Virus record (IMG/VR): IMGVR_UViG_3300027969_000074
Coordinates: 25,058-89,057 of that record
Source: a virus
Reading direction: 5' to 3' (one strand)
DNA length: 64,000 nucleotides
Positions 49,601 to 59,300 of the stretch are shown here, one piece after another (positions within the stretch are counted from its first letter, which is position 1; each line of letters begins with the position of its first letter). The notes beneath the pieces are model-generated. The model had not been told where the DNA came from. It worked only from the letters and a program-made list of their open reading frames with translations, and ran no database searches. The translations under genes and the position numbers were made by a program.

Positions 49601-52600
49601 GTACCACTTGAACCATTAGAACCTGAAGTTCCGCTTGAACCATTAGAACCTGAAGTACCACTTGAACCACTTGAACCTGAAGTACCGGATGTACCTGAAG
49701 TACCGGATGTACCTGAAGTTCCACTTGAACCTGAAGTACCGGATGTTCCAGAGCTTCCAGAAGATCCGTTAGAGCCGGAAGTTCCAGAGGTTCCGCTTGA
49801 TCCTGAAGAACCATTAGAACCAGAGCTTCCAGAAGTTCCAGAAGATCCGTTAGAGCCGGAAGAACCTGATGTACCGCTAGTTCCAGTTGAACCCGATGTT
49901 CCAGCAGTTCCGCTTGTTCCAGATGAACCTGAAGAACCACTTGAACCAGATGTACCACTTGAGCCATTTGAACCAGAGGTTCCTGAAGTTCCAGAAGAAC
50001 CTGATGTACCGGAAGTTCCGGTTGATCCTGAACTTCCGCTTGTTCCAGATGTACCAGTTGAACCTGATGTTCCACTTGAACCAGAAGTACCTGAGGTTCC
50101 GCTAGATCCATTTGAGCCACTAGAACCTGATGTTCCAGCAGTTCCACTAGAGCCTGAAGTACCTGAGGTTCCACTAGTACCAGAGCTTCCATTAGATCCA
50201 CTTGAACCTGAAGTACCTGAGGTTCCGCTAGTTCCTGAGCTTCCAGATGTACCAGAAGTTCCAGAAGAACCTGACGTTCCTGAACTACCATTTGAGCCTG
50301 ATGTTCCACTTGTTCCAGAAGTACCTGAGCTACCACTTGTTCCAGAAGTTCCAGATGAGCCGTTAGAACCTGAAGTCCCGGATGTTCCAGATGTACCGTG
50401 TGTACCATTAACGCCGCTTATACCTGAACTGCCAGAAGTTCCAGATGAACCACTTGTACCTGAAGTTCCTGAGCTACCATTTGATCCTGAAGAACCTGAT
50501 GTTCCAGAAGAACCCGAAGTTCCGCTTGATCCTGATGTACCAGAAGTTCCAGATGTACCAGTTGATCCACTTGATCCTGAAGTTCCGCTTGAACCTGATG
50601 TACCACTTGATCCATTAGATCCAGATGAGCCTGACGTACCAGAAGTACCGCTAGATCCATTTGAGCCATTAGAACCTGAAGTACCGCTTGTTCCAGAAGA
50701 ACCATTTGAGCCTGAAGTACCAGAAGTCCCACTTGAACCAGAAGTTCCTGAACTTCCATTTGAACCTGATGTTCCAGAAGTTCCTGAGCTACCATTAGAG
50801 CCGGATGTGCCAGAGGTTCCTGACGTACCAGAGCTACCAGATGTACCAGAAGTTCCTGAGGTTCCAGAAGTTCCAACTGAACCTGAAGTACCTGAGCTAC
50901 CGTTTGAGCCTGAAGTACCAGATGATCCGTTAGAACCAGAAGTTCCTGATGTTCCTGAGCTTCCACTAGAACCTGAAGTACCTGACGTTCCGGAAGAGCC
51001 ATTTGAGCCGGAAGTTCCAGATGTACCGCTTGTTCCTGAAGTACCGGATGAACCGTTTGAACCGGACGTTCCTGATGTTCCGCTAGTTCCGCTAGTTCCG
51101 CTTGATCCATTAGATCCTGATGTACCAGAAGAACCACTTGTTCCAGATGTTCCGGAGCTACCGTTTGATCCACTAGTACCGGAAGTTCCAGTTGAACCGG
51201 AAGACCCGCTTGTACCTGAAGTTCCGCTTGACCCATTAGATCCTGAAGAACCTGAAGTTCCGCTTGTACCAGAGCTGCCGTTTGAGCCTGAGGTTCCACT
51301 TGATCCATTAGAACCCGAAGTTCCACTTGAACCATTTGAGCCTGACGTACCAGATGTTCCACTTGAACCATTTGAACCTGAGGTTCCGCTTGTTCCATTA
51401 GAACCAGAAGTTCCGCTTGTTCCAGAAGAACCGTTTGATCCTGATGTGCCGCTTGAGCCATTAGAACCAGAAGTTCCGCTAGTTCCAGATGTACCAGAGC
51501 TTCCATTTGAACCTGACGTACCAGAGCTACCGTTTGATCCAGAAGAACCAGATGTTCCGGAAGTACCCGAAGAGCCGTTAGATCCAGAAGTACCAGAGCT
51601 ACCATTTGATCCACTTGAACCTGATGTTCCAGAAGAACCATTAGAGCCGTTAGATCCAGAAGTACCAGATGTTCCAGAAGAACCTGAAGTTCCGCTTGTT
51701 CCAGAAGAACCACTAGAACCTGAAGTACCAGAAGAGCCGTTTGAACCTGAAGTTCCAGAGCTTCCATTTGAACCTGAAGTACCAGAAGTTCCGCTTGTTC
51801 CAGAAGTACCTGATGTACCGCTTGACCCACTAGAACCATCTGAGCCAGATGCTAAATTTGAATTATTATATAAAGAAAATAAATTATTTAAGGTAACTCC
51901 GTTTAATGTAGTAAAAGCTCCACCTACAAATATTAAATTATTCTTAAGTAAAATTGTATTGATTTGCGATCCACTTGGAGAACCTGGGCCTACTGAACTA
52001 CCTAAGGCTGCATAGAATCTAATATCTTCAGTACCGTCTGCAAATAATCTAACTAATTTACGGCGAGTACCTCCATTAAATGAATCAAAACCTCCACCTA
52101 CAATTATTCGTCCATCTGACTGAACCTTTATTGTAAATCCAAGTGATGTAAATGCTCCAGTAAAGCCGTTTCCTAATTTAGTATAGAAAGCAGTATCTTC
52201 AGTACCATCTGAATTTAATCGGATTAAACCATTTCGGGTATTTCCATTAAATGTGGTAAATCCGCCACCTACTAAAATTAAACCGTCTGCTTGGCAAGCA
52301 ATTGCCATTATATCAATTGCATTTGAACCAAGATTTGAATTAAATGCTGTATCTAATGTACCGTCTGAATTTAATTTAATTAATTCAGCAGAGGTTCCTA
52401 TTAATATAGAATTATCTGATTGAATAGTGATTGCATTAACTTGAGAAGCAATACCTGAACCTAAATTTGAATAGAATGAAGTATCTTCAGTACCATTTGA
52501 ATTTAATCTAACTAAACGGTTTCTGGTACTTCCATTAAACGAGGTAAAATCACCGCCTACTAAAATCTTTCCATCTGACTGTATTGCTGATTGAATAACT

Positions 52601-53259
52601 GTTCCATTAAATCCAGAACCTAAATTTGTATAGAATGAAGTATCTTCTGTACCGTCTGAATTTAATCTGATTAATCGGTTTCGGGTATTATTATTAAATG
52701 AGGTAAAATCACCGCCTATTATAAGATTCTCATCTGACTGAACACTAACTGTTTCAATATAGGTTCCAGCACTAAAGCCTGCACCTAAATTTGTGTAAAA
52801 CCTGGTATCTTCAGAACCGTCAATATTTAATCTAACTAAACTCTTTCGGGTACCACCCTTAAATGTTGTAAAATATCCACCAATAACAATTTTAGTATTT
52901 AATTGGTTTACAATTGTAATAACTTCACTATCATTAGATGTGTTGGTAAATGCAGTAACTAATGAAGAATTAAAAGACTCATTTGAAATACCATCAATTG
53001 CACTAGAACCTGAAGTACCAGCGGTTCCACTAGAACCAGATGTTCCGCTTGTTCCGGAGCTTCCGGCCGCTGACTCCCAGGCTGCACCAGTAAACCTATA
53101 GATATTATTATCTAATTTGTTATATAGGATAGAACCTTCTTTAGCTGATCCACTTGCATTGGCAATATCGGCAATTGTTGGAATTAGTAATCCTAGCCCT
53201 GGACTTGTACTACTATCGTTAAGTTCGACACCACCTGGCGAAGTTATTTTATATGACAT
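43681..53259 (-). CDS. Giant Gly-X-Y repeat fibre protein with delta-60 beta-propeller and C1q-like domain
   Basis: 3192 aa. QSDGKILVGGDFTSFNG...RLNSNGTEDTSF repeats (~51870-52930); C1q-like FQPTVSGYYTI...LRKNG...DYIEV (~49090-49520); about 2300 aa of repeat. Confidence 0.9.
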   Translation of the reverse strand: MSYKITSPGGVELNDSSTSPGLGLLIPTIADIANASGSAKEGSILYNKLDNNIYRFTGAAWESAAGSSGTSGTSGSSGTAGTSGSSAIDGISNESFNSSLVTAFTNTSNDSEVITIVNQLNTKIVIGGYFTTFKGGTRKSLVRLNIDGSEDTRFYTNLGAGFSAGTYIETVSVQSDENLIIGGDFTSFNNNTRNRLIRLNSDGTEDTSFYTNLGSGFNGTVIQSAIQSDGKILVGGDFTSFNGSTRNRLVRLNSNGTEDTSFYSNLGSGIASQVNAITIQSDNSILIGTSAELIKLNSDGTLDTAFNSNLGSNAIDIMAIACQADGLILVGGGFTTFNGNTRNGLIRLNSDGTEDTAFYTKLGNGFTGAFTSLGFTIKVQSDGRIIVGGGFDSFNGGTRRKLVRLFADGTEDIRFYAALGSSVGPGSPSGSQINTILLKNNLIFVGGAFTTLNGVTLNNLFSLYNNSNLASGSDGSSGSSGTSGTSGTSGTSGTSGSNGSSGTSGSNGSSGTSGSSGSSGTSGTSGSSGTSGTSGSNGSNGSSGTSGSSGSNGSSGTSGSNGSSGTSGTSGSSGSNGSSGTSGSNGSSGTSGTSGTSGSNGSSGTSGSNGSSGTSGTSGSNGTSGTSGSNGSSGTSGTSGSNGSSGTSGSNGSSGTSGSNGSSGTSGTSGSSGSNGSSGTSGTSGSSGSTGTSGTSGSNGSSGTSGTSGSSGTSGSNGSSGTSGTSGTSGTSGSNGSSGTSGTSGTSGTSGSNGSSGTSGTSGSSGSSGTSGTSGSNGSSGTSGSNGSSGTSGSVGTSGTSGTSGTSGSSGTSGTSGTSGSNGSSGTSGTSGSNGSSGTSGSSGTSGTSGSNGSSGTSGTSGSNGSNGSSGTSGTSGSSGSNGSSGTSGSSGTSGSSGSTGTSGTSGTSGSSGTSGSSGTSGSSGSNGSSGTSGTSGSSGTSGSSGISGVNGTHGTSGTSGTSGSNGSSGTSGTSGSSGTSGTSGTSGSNGSSGTSGSSGTSGTSGSSGTSGTSGTSGSSGSNGSSGTSGTSGTSGSSGTAGTSGSSGSNGSSGTSGTSGSSGTSGSTGTSGTSGSSGSTGTSGTSGSSGTSGTSGSNGSSGTSGSSGSSGSSGTSGTAGTSGSTGTSGTSGSSGSNGSSGTSGSSGSNGSSGSSGTSGTSGSNGSSGSSGTSGTSGSSGTSGTSGTSGTSGTSGSSGSSGTSGSNGSSGTSGSNGSSGTSGTSGTSGTSGTSGTSGTAGSSGTSGGLLSQSNYVVKATNSGAAQTILYGSDTVVALIDDFDPQDWWSTNKFQPTVSGYYTINTQVLWEAGSINNNQTNIQLRKNGTTQIAIAQNPIANTTIPYFQTLNTIAYFNGTTDYIEVTAFTGNPTSQNIAGTSTGTWFNASLIVGGGTSGTSGSSGTSGTAGTSGSSGTSGTRGTSGTSGTSGSSGSNGSNGSSGTSGTAGSSGTSGTSGSSGTAGTSGSTGTSGTSGSNGSSGTSGTSGSNGSSGTSGTSGTSGTAGTSGTSGSTGTSGTSGSSGTSGSSGTSGSTGTSGTSGTSGSNGSSGTSGSSGSNGSSGTSGSSGSTGTSGTSGSSGSNGSSGTSGTSGSSGSSGTSGSSGSNGSSGTSGTSGTSGSSGSNGSSGTSGSSGSDGTSGTSGTSGSNGSSGTSGSSGSTGSSGTSGTSGTSGSSGSNGSSGTSGSSGSNGSSGSSGTSGSSGSNGSSGTSGSSGTSGTAGTSGSSGTAGTSGSSGSNGSSGTSGSSGSNGSSGTSGSNGSSGTSGSSGTSGSSGSNGSSGTSGTSGSSGSSGTSGSSGTSGTSGTSGTSGTSGSNGSSGTSGSSGSNGSSGTSGSSGTSGTSGSSGTSGTDGTSGTSGTSGSSGTSGSSGSNGSSGTSGSSGSNGSSGTSGSSGTSGSSGTSGTSGTSGSSGSSGTSGSSGTSGSNGSSGTSGTSGSNGSSGTSGTSGSSGSNGSSGTSGTSGSNGTSGTSGTSGSNGSSGTSGSSGTSGTSGSNGSSGTSGSSGTSGSSGTSGSNGSSGTSGTSGSNGSSGTSGSNGSSGTSGSTGSSGTSGSSGTSGSNGSSGTSGSNGSSGTSGTSGSSGTSGTSGTSGSNGSSGTSGTSGSSGSNGSSGTSGSSGSNGSSGSSGTSGTSGSSGSSGTSGSNGSSGTSGSSGTSGTSGSSGSNGSSGTSGSNGSSGTSGSSGTSGTSGSNGSSGTSGTRGTSGTSGTSGTSGSSGSTGTSGTSGISGVDGSNGTSGTSGTSGTSGTSGSNGSSGTSGSSGTSGTSGSSGTSGSSGSSGTSGSSGTSGSSGSAGTSGSNGSSGTSGSSGSSGTSGSSGSSGTSGTSGSNGSSGTSGSSGTSGTSGTSGSSGTSGTSGSSGTSGTSGSNGSSGTSGSSGTSGTAGTSGTSGSNGSSGTSGSNGSSGTSGTSGSNGSSGSSGTSGSNGTSGTSGSSGSTGTSGSSGSSGSNGSSGTSGSSGSNGSSGTSGTSGSSGSNGSSGTSGSSGSNGSSGTSGTSGTSGSNGSSGTSGTSGSSGSNGSSGTSGSSGSNGSSGTSGSSGTSGSSGSNGSSGTSGSNGSSGTSGTSGSSGTSGTSGTSGSSGSNGSSGTSGSSGSNGSSGSSGTSGTSGSSGSNGSNGSSGTSGSSGTAGSSGTSGTSGSNGTSGSSGSSGTSGSSGSSGTSGSAGTSGYSGAAIDDSWDFGTPLASTKISSNNSAFNASTNTLSIAEVSLSSTNYAIPFAAVGIGTLIQLQDLSHTNLTYYRVISIPTDAGAYWNFSVVYEYGSIWTPSAGDDILLEMFVAGISGSSGTSGTSGSTGTSGTSGSSGSNGSSGTSGSSGSNGSSGTSGSNGSSGTSGTSGTSGSSGSTGTSGTSGSNGSSGTSGTSGSNGSSGTSGTSGSSGSTGTSGTSGSNGSSGTSGTSGSSGSNGSSGTSGSNGTSGTSGSSGSNGSSGTSGSSGTSGTSGSSGTSGSSGSNGSSGTSGTSGSSGSNGSSGTSGTSGTSGSSGSSGSNGSSGTSGSNGSSGTSGTSGSSGSNGSSGTSGSNGSSGTSGTAGTSGSTGTSGTAGSSGTSGVANITNNSDNRVLTATGTSGQANAEANLTFDGTSLGISSYNGGSVSASGVLITILVSAGNSAVFDYFVSNGTSKRAGTVMAAWDNATTVDTDYSTPDIGSSTAGISFATSTDGTNVYLNAVVTSGTWTVKVGSRIMF

Positions 53260-53340
53260 CTGGCCTAATTTCTTTTTTTTGAATAGACTAAATATTAGCC
53301 TATTTACTGATCAATATTATTTATTTAAGTTAGGCCAGTA

Positions 53341-56300
53341 TTATATTAGTCCATCACTAATTATTTCAACTCTAGCGGCTACGGCAATTGAATCACCTGC
53401 ATTATTTGCAATATTAATAATTAGAGCGCCGTGTGCAATTGTAAAAGTTGGAAGTGAAACCCAAAGCGCTGAATCTTGAGCAAGCGTAATTTCAGTAAAT
53501 CCAGTTCCAACAATTGAAATTGTTCCACTAACATTTTTAACAGCTCCACTATACATTCGATAATCAACCTCATGTGAATTAGCAACACTTCCAATTACAT
53601 AAATTTGAAGACCATAGATGCGGTTAGCTGTATTAAACTTAACTTCCTCAGATGGATAGGTAATGTATAAATTATCATTACCAAATGGAGGAATTGGATC
53701 AGCATATAAAATATTTGAATGAGACTGTTTTACTCCAGTTGCTCCATTTTGGTGGCGACTGTATACAGTTTCGTTTGGCATTTCAGCAACAGCACTAGAT
53801 CCAATTTGTAGCGCAGTTAATGTAGTATCTTCAAATATTCCAAATGTTGAATCAACTACACTTGTTCCACCTGCGCCAAATACAGTATATTGAGATTGAG
53901 TACCAGATACAGAAACCGAAGTTCCGCTTGTACCGGAAGTACCGCTTGTTCCAGAAGTACCATTTGAACCATTTCGGCCAGAGGTACCAGAGGTACCATC
54001 AGAACCAGATGTTCCAGTTAATCCGCTTGTTCCGCTTGAACCATTAGTTCCAGAGACTCCGTCAATACCTGATGTTCCAGATGAACCGTTAGAACCAGAA
54101 CTTCCACTTGTTCCAGTTGAACCTGAAGTACCAGAAGTACCAGTTGAACCAGAAGTTCCGCTTGTTCCAGAAGTTCCAGTTGAACCTGAAGTTCCAGAAG
54201 TTCCGCTTGAACCTGAAGTTCCAGAAGTTCCGCTTGAACCAGAAGTTCCAGAAGTACCCCTAGTTCCAGAAGTTCCAGAAGAACCGGCAGTTCCGCTTGT
54301 TCCAGTTGAACCTGACGTACCGCTTGAACCGTTTGTACCTGAGACTCCATCAATACCGGAAGTACCAGAGCTACCGTTTGAGCCAGAAGAACCGGAAGTA
54401 CCAGCTGAACCAGATGTTCCAGAAGTACCAGTTGAACCAGAAGTACCAGAAGTACCAGCTGAACCAGATGTTCCAGAAGTACCAGTTGAACCAGACGTAC
54501 CTGAAGTACCGCTTGTTCCGGAAGTTCCGCTTGTGCCAGAAGTACCAGAAGTTCCTGAAGTACCAGTTGAACCTGAAGTTCCGCTTGTTCCTGATGTACC
54601 AGTTGAACCTGAAGTTCCACTTGTTCCAGACGTACCAGATGTTCCGCTTGTTCCAGTTGAACCTGAAGTACCGGAAGTTCCTGAAGTACCACTTGTTCCT
54701 GAAGTTCCTGAGCTACCAGATGTTCCGGTTGAACCGGAAGTTCCGCTTGTTCCAGATGTTCCAGTTGAACCACTAGTTCCAGATGTTCCAGTTGAACCAC
54801 TAGTTCCAGATGTTCCAGTTGAACCAGAAGTACCACTTGTGCCTGACGTACCAGTTGATCCAGAAGTACCGCTTGTTCCAGAAGAACCTGAGGTACCAGT
54901 TGAACCTGAGGTACCTGAGCTACCGTTTGTTCCAGAGACTCCATCAATACCAGAAGTTCCGCTTGTGCCTGAAGTTCCGCTTGTGCCTGAAGTTCCAGTT
55001 GAACCCGAAGTTCCACTTGTGCCGGAAGTACCATTTGAACCTGAAGTTCCAGAAGTACCAGTTGAACCTGAAGTTCCACTTGTTCCTGAAGTACCAGTTG
55101 AACCCGAAGTACCAGATGTTCCAGAGGATCCGCTAGTTCCAGAAGTTCCAGTTGAACCTGATGTTCCAGACGTACCTGAAGTTCCGCTTGTACCTGAAGT
55201 ACCGTTTGATCCAGATTCGCCTGATGTACCAGAGCTACCGTCTGTTCCAGAAACTCCGTCTATACCGCTTGTTCCAGCAGTGCCGCTTGTACCGGAAGTA
55301 CCACTTGTGCCGGAAGTACCATTTGAACCTGAAGTTCCAGAAGTACCAGTTGAACCTGAAGTTCCACTTGTGCCTGAAGTTCCAGAAGTACCGCTTGTTC
55401 CTGATGTTCCAGCCGAACCTGATGTACCTGATGTACCAGAGGTTCCGCTTGTTCCAGAAGTACCAGAGGTTCCGCTTGTTCCAGAAGTACCAGAACTTCC
55501 GTTTGACCCGGAAGTACCACTAGTTCCACTAGAACCAGTTGCAGCAATTATGGCTAAGAAAATTTGATGATTATTTGCAAATTGTGGATTACCGCCAGAA
55601 CTAACTAGTGCAACTGGAACAGTCCAGTAATTAGAGGCTCCAGTAATTAAAGTAGTTGCTCCATTAATAACCCATACTTGATAATTTGCACTATTGTTTC
55701 GATCTTGAATTGTTAATTGTTGACCTACTTGTAATAGAGCTAAAAATATATCAATATCAGTTATTGGAGCATCGGTTAAATGATTTATGTTTATTTGTGT
55801 TGAATTAATTAAAGTTGCATTATTCCAAATAATATGACCATCTCCAGGATTACCGGATTGTGCATTAGTTTTAGCTTCATAATAGAATACACTAGTTGAA
55901 ACACCATTTGCGCCAGAAGTACCACTAGTTCCAGTAGAACCGGAAGTACCAGAGGTCCCATTAGATCCTATTCCACTTGTACCTGATGTACCGTTAGTGC
56001 CTGAAGTTCCTGATGAACCTGAGGTTCCTGAAGTACCGGTAGAACCTGAAGTTCCTGAGCTACCATCTGTTCCAGAGACTCCATCAATACCTGAAGTACC
56101 TGAAGTTCCGTCAGAACCGGCAGTTCCATCTATTCCTGAAGTACCTGATGTGCCAGAAGTTCCATCTGAACCGTTTGAACCGGAAGTTCCGCTTGTTCCA
56201 GAAGTACCGCTTGTGCCGGATGTTCCGTTTGAGCCTGATTCGCCAGAAGTACCTGAGCTACCGTCTGTGCCTGAGACTCCATCAATACCAGAAGTACCAG

Positions 56301-59300
56301 AGGTTCCGCTTGTTCCAGAAGTACCATCAGAACCAGTTGAACCCGAAGTTCCGCTTGTTCCAGAAGTTCCATCTGAACCGGAAGTTCCAGAAGTTCCATC
56401 TGATCCTGAAGTACCAGAAGTACCAGTTGAGCCTGACGTTCCGCTTGTTCCAGAAGTACCTGAAGTACCTGAAGTTCCGCTTGTTCCGTCTGAACCTGAA
56501 GTACCACTTGTGCCAGTTGAACCAGAGGTTCCACTAGTTCCAGTTGAACCTGAAGTTCCGCTTGAACCATCTGTTCCTGAGACTCCATCAATACCGGAAG
56601 TACCTGAAGTACCGCTTGTACCAGCCGTACCTGATGTACCGGTAGAACCTGACGTACCGCTTGAACCGTCTACACCGCTTAGGCCTGAACTACCAGAGGT
56701 TCCGCTTGTTCCGTCTATTCCAGAGGTTCCACTTGTTCCATCAGAACCATTTGTTCCGTCAATACCTGAAGTACCAGAAGTACCATCTGACCCACTTGTT
56801 CCTGATGTACCGTCTGAACCATTTGTTCCGTCTATACCTGAGGTTCCGCTTGTTCCTTCTGAGCCTGAAGTACCAGAGCTACCATCTGTTCCAGAGACTC
56901 CATCAATACCTGAAGTACCGCTTGTTCCAGAAGTTCCATCTGAACCATTTGTTCCATCAATACCTGAAGTACCTGATGTACCGTCTGAACCATTTGAACC
57001 CGAAGTTCCGCTTGTTCCTGAGGTTCCATTTGAACCTGATTCTCCAGAAGTACCTGAGCTACCGTCTGTTCCAGAGACTCCATCAATACCAGAAGTTCCA
57101 CTAGTTCCAGAGGTACCACTTGTTCCTGAAGTACCAGATGTGCCAGAAGTTCCATCTGACCCGCTTGTGCCTGAGGTTCCATCTGAACCTGAGGTACCGC
57201 TTGTGCCGGAAGTTCCGTCTGAACCTGAAGTACCGCTAGTTCCATCTGAACCTGAAGTTCCAGAAGTTCCATCTGACCCGCTTGTGCCGGAAGTTCCGTC
57301 TGAACCTGAAGTACCACTAGTTCCGTCTGAACCTGAAGTTCCAGAAGTACCAGTTGAACCTGAAGTACCAGAGCTACCATCTGTTCCTGAGACTCCATCA
57401 ATACCTGAAGTACCGCTTGTTCCAGAAGTTCCATCTGAACCATTTGATCCAGAAGTACCGCTTGTTCCAGAAGTTCCATCTGACCCATTTGAACCTGACG
57501 TGCCTGACGTACCGTCGGAACCGGCAGTACCAGAAGTACCGTTTGATCCAGATTCTCCAGAAGTACCAGAGCTACCATCTGTTCCTGAGACTCCATCAAT
57601 ACCGGAAGTTCCACTTGTTCCATCTGAACCAGTTGAACCAGAAGTTCCGCTTGAACCATCTACTCCGCTTAGTCCTGAGCTACCACTTGTTCCAGAAGAA
57701 CCGTCTGCTCCATTTGTTCCATCTATACCGCTTGTTCCAGAAGTTCCACTTGTTCCATCTGAACCGGAGGTTCCATCTGATCCGTTTGTTCCATCAATAC
57801 CTGAAGTTCCTGATGTTCCGTCTGACCCAGATGTACCACTTGTTCCAGTTGAACCTGACGTTCCTGAAGAACCATCTGTTCCTGATACTCCGTCTATTCC
57901 ACTTGTTCCAGAAGTTCCATCTGAACCTGAAGTACCAGAAGTTCCATCTGAACCAGAAGTTCCATCTGATCCGTTTGTTCCGTCTATTCCGCTTGTTCCT
58001 GAAGTTCCGCTTGTTCCATTTGATCCAGATTCTCCAGAAGTACCAGAGCTACCGTCTGTTCCAGAGACTCCATCAATACCTGAAGTTCCACTTGTACCAG
58101 AAGTACCGTCTGAACCAGTTGAACCGGAAGTTCCACTAGTTCCATCTGAACCAGAAGTTCCGCTAGTTCCATCTGACCCAGAAGTTCCGCTAGTTCCATC
58201 TGAACCTGATTCGCCTGAAGTTCCTGAGCTACCGTCTGTACCAGAAACTCCGTCAATACCTGAAGTTCCACTTGTTCCAGAAGTACCATCTGAACCATTT
58301 GTTCCATCGATTCCCGAAGTACCTGAGGTACCGTCTGATCCGCTTGTTCCATCAGATCCTAATATACTAAAACTAATTGTATATACTGCGGAGCTAGCGT
58401 AAGTGCCATTATTACCTAAACAATTATCAACGGTAAATACGTATGCCATACCAGGACCAACTGACATCATACTAGAAGAATCTATTACATAAATACCAAA
58501 ATTGGAATTATTACCTACTTCAGTTATTTGTATTATAAGTTTATAATGGTTAGTATTAACCCAATTTTTATAAAAGTCTAATAAATTTCCAGCAGGATTA
58601 AGACTATAATCAAGAGTGTTTATTGTTATTTGTGAAACTAGATTAACCGCGGTTGTATCTGTTGAAAATAGCTGTTGAAGCGTGTTTCCGGTTGAGTATT
58701 CCCATCTTAATGAAACTGCTCCGTCATTTCCAGTATAGCCGCTTGTTCCGTCTGATCCTGAAGTTCCAGAAGTTCCATCTGATCCTGAAGTACCGCTTGT
58801 TCCAGATGTACCGTCTGACCCGTTTGTTCCATCTATACCTGAAGTTCCGCTTGTACCGGAAGTACCGTCTGAACCATTTGTTCCATCTATACCTGAAGTA
58901 CCCGAAGTTCCTTCAGAACCTGAGGTTCCGCTTGAACCATCTGTTCCCGATACTCCTTCAATACCTGAGGTTCCGCTTGTTCCATCTGATCCGTTTGTTC
59001 CATCTATACCTGAGGTTCCGCTTGTACCGTCTGAACCTGAAGTTCCAGAAGTTCCATCTGAACCCGAAGTTCCGCTTGTTCCATTTGAACCTGATTCTCC
59101 AGAAGTACCAGAGCTACCATCTGTTCCAGAGACTCCATCAATACCTGAAGTTCCACTTGTGCCAGAAGTACCGTCTGAACCGTCTGTTCCGTCTATTCCG
59201 CTTGTTCCTGAAGTTCCATCTGAACCATTTGAACCAGAAGTTCCGCTTGTTCCTGAGGTTCCATTTGAACCTGATTCTCCAGAAGTACCAGAGCTACCAT

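Noticed and set aside
53282-53304. Hairpin AATAGGCTA-ATATT-TAGTCTATT upstream of the 3192-aa gene as a terminator
   Set aside because: On the coding (minus) strand it is followed by an A-run rather than a U-tract. It may be a leader structure, but its function cannot be supported.
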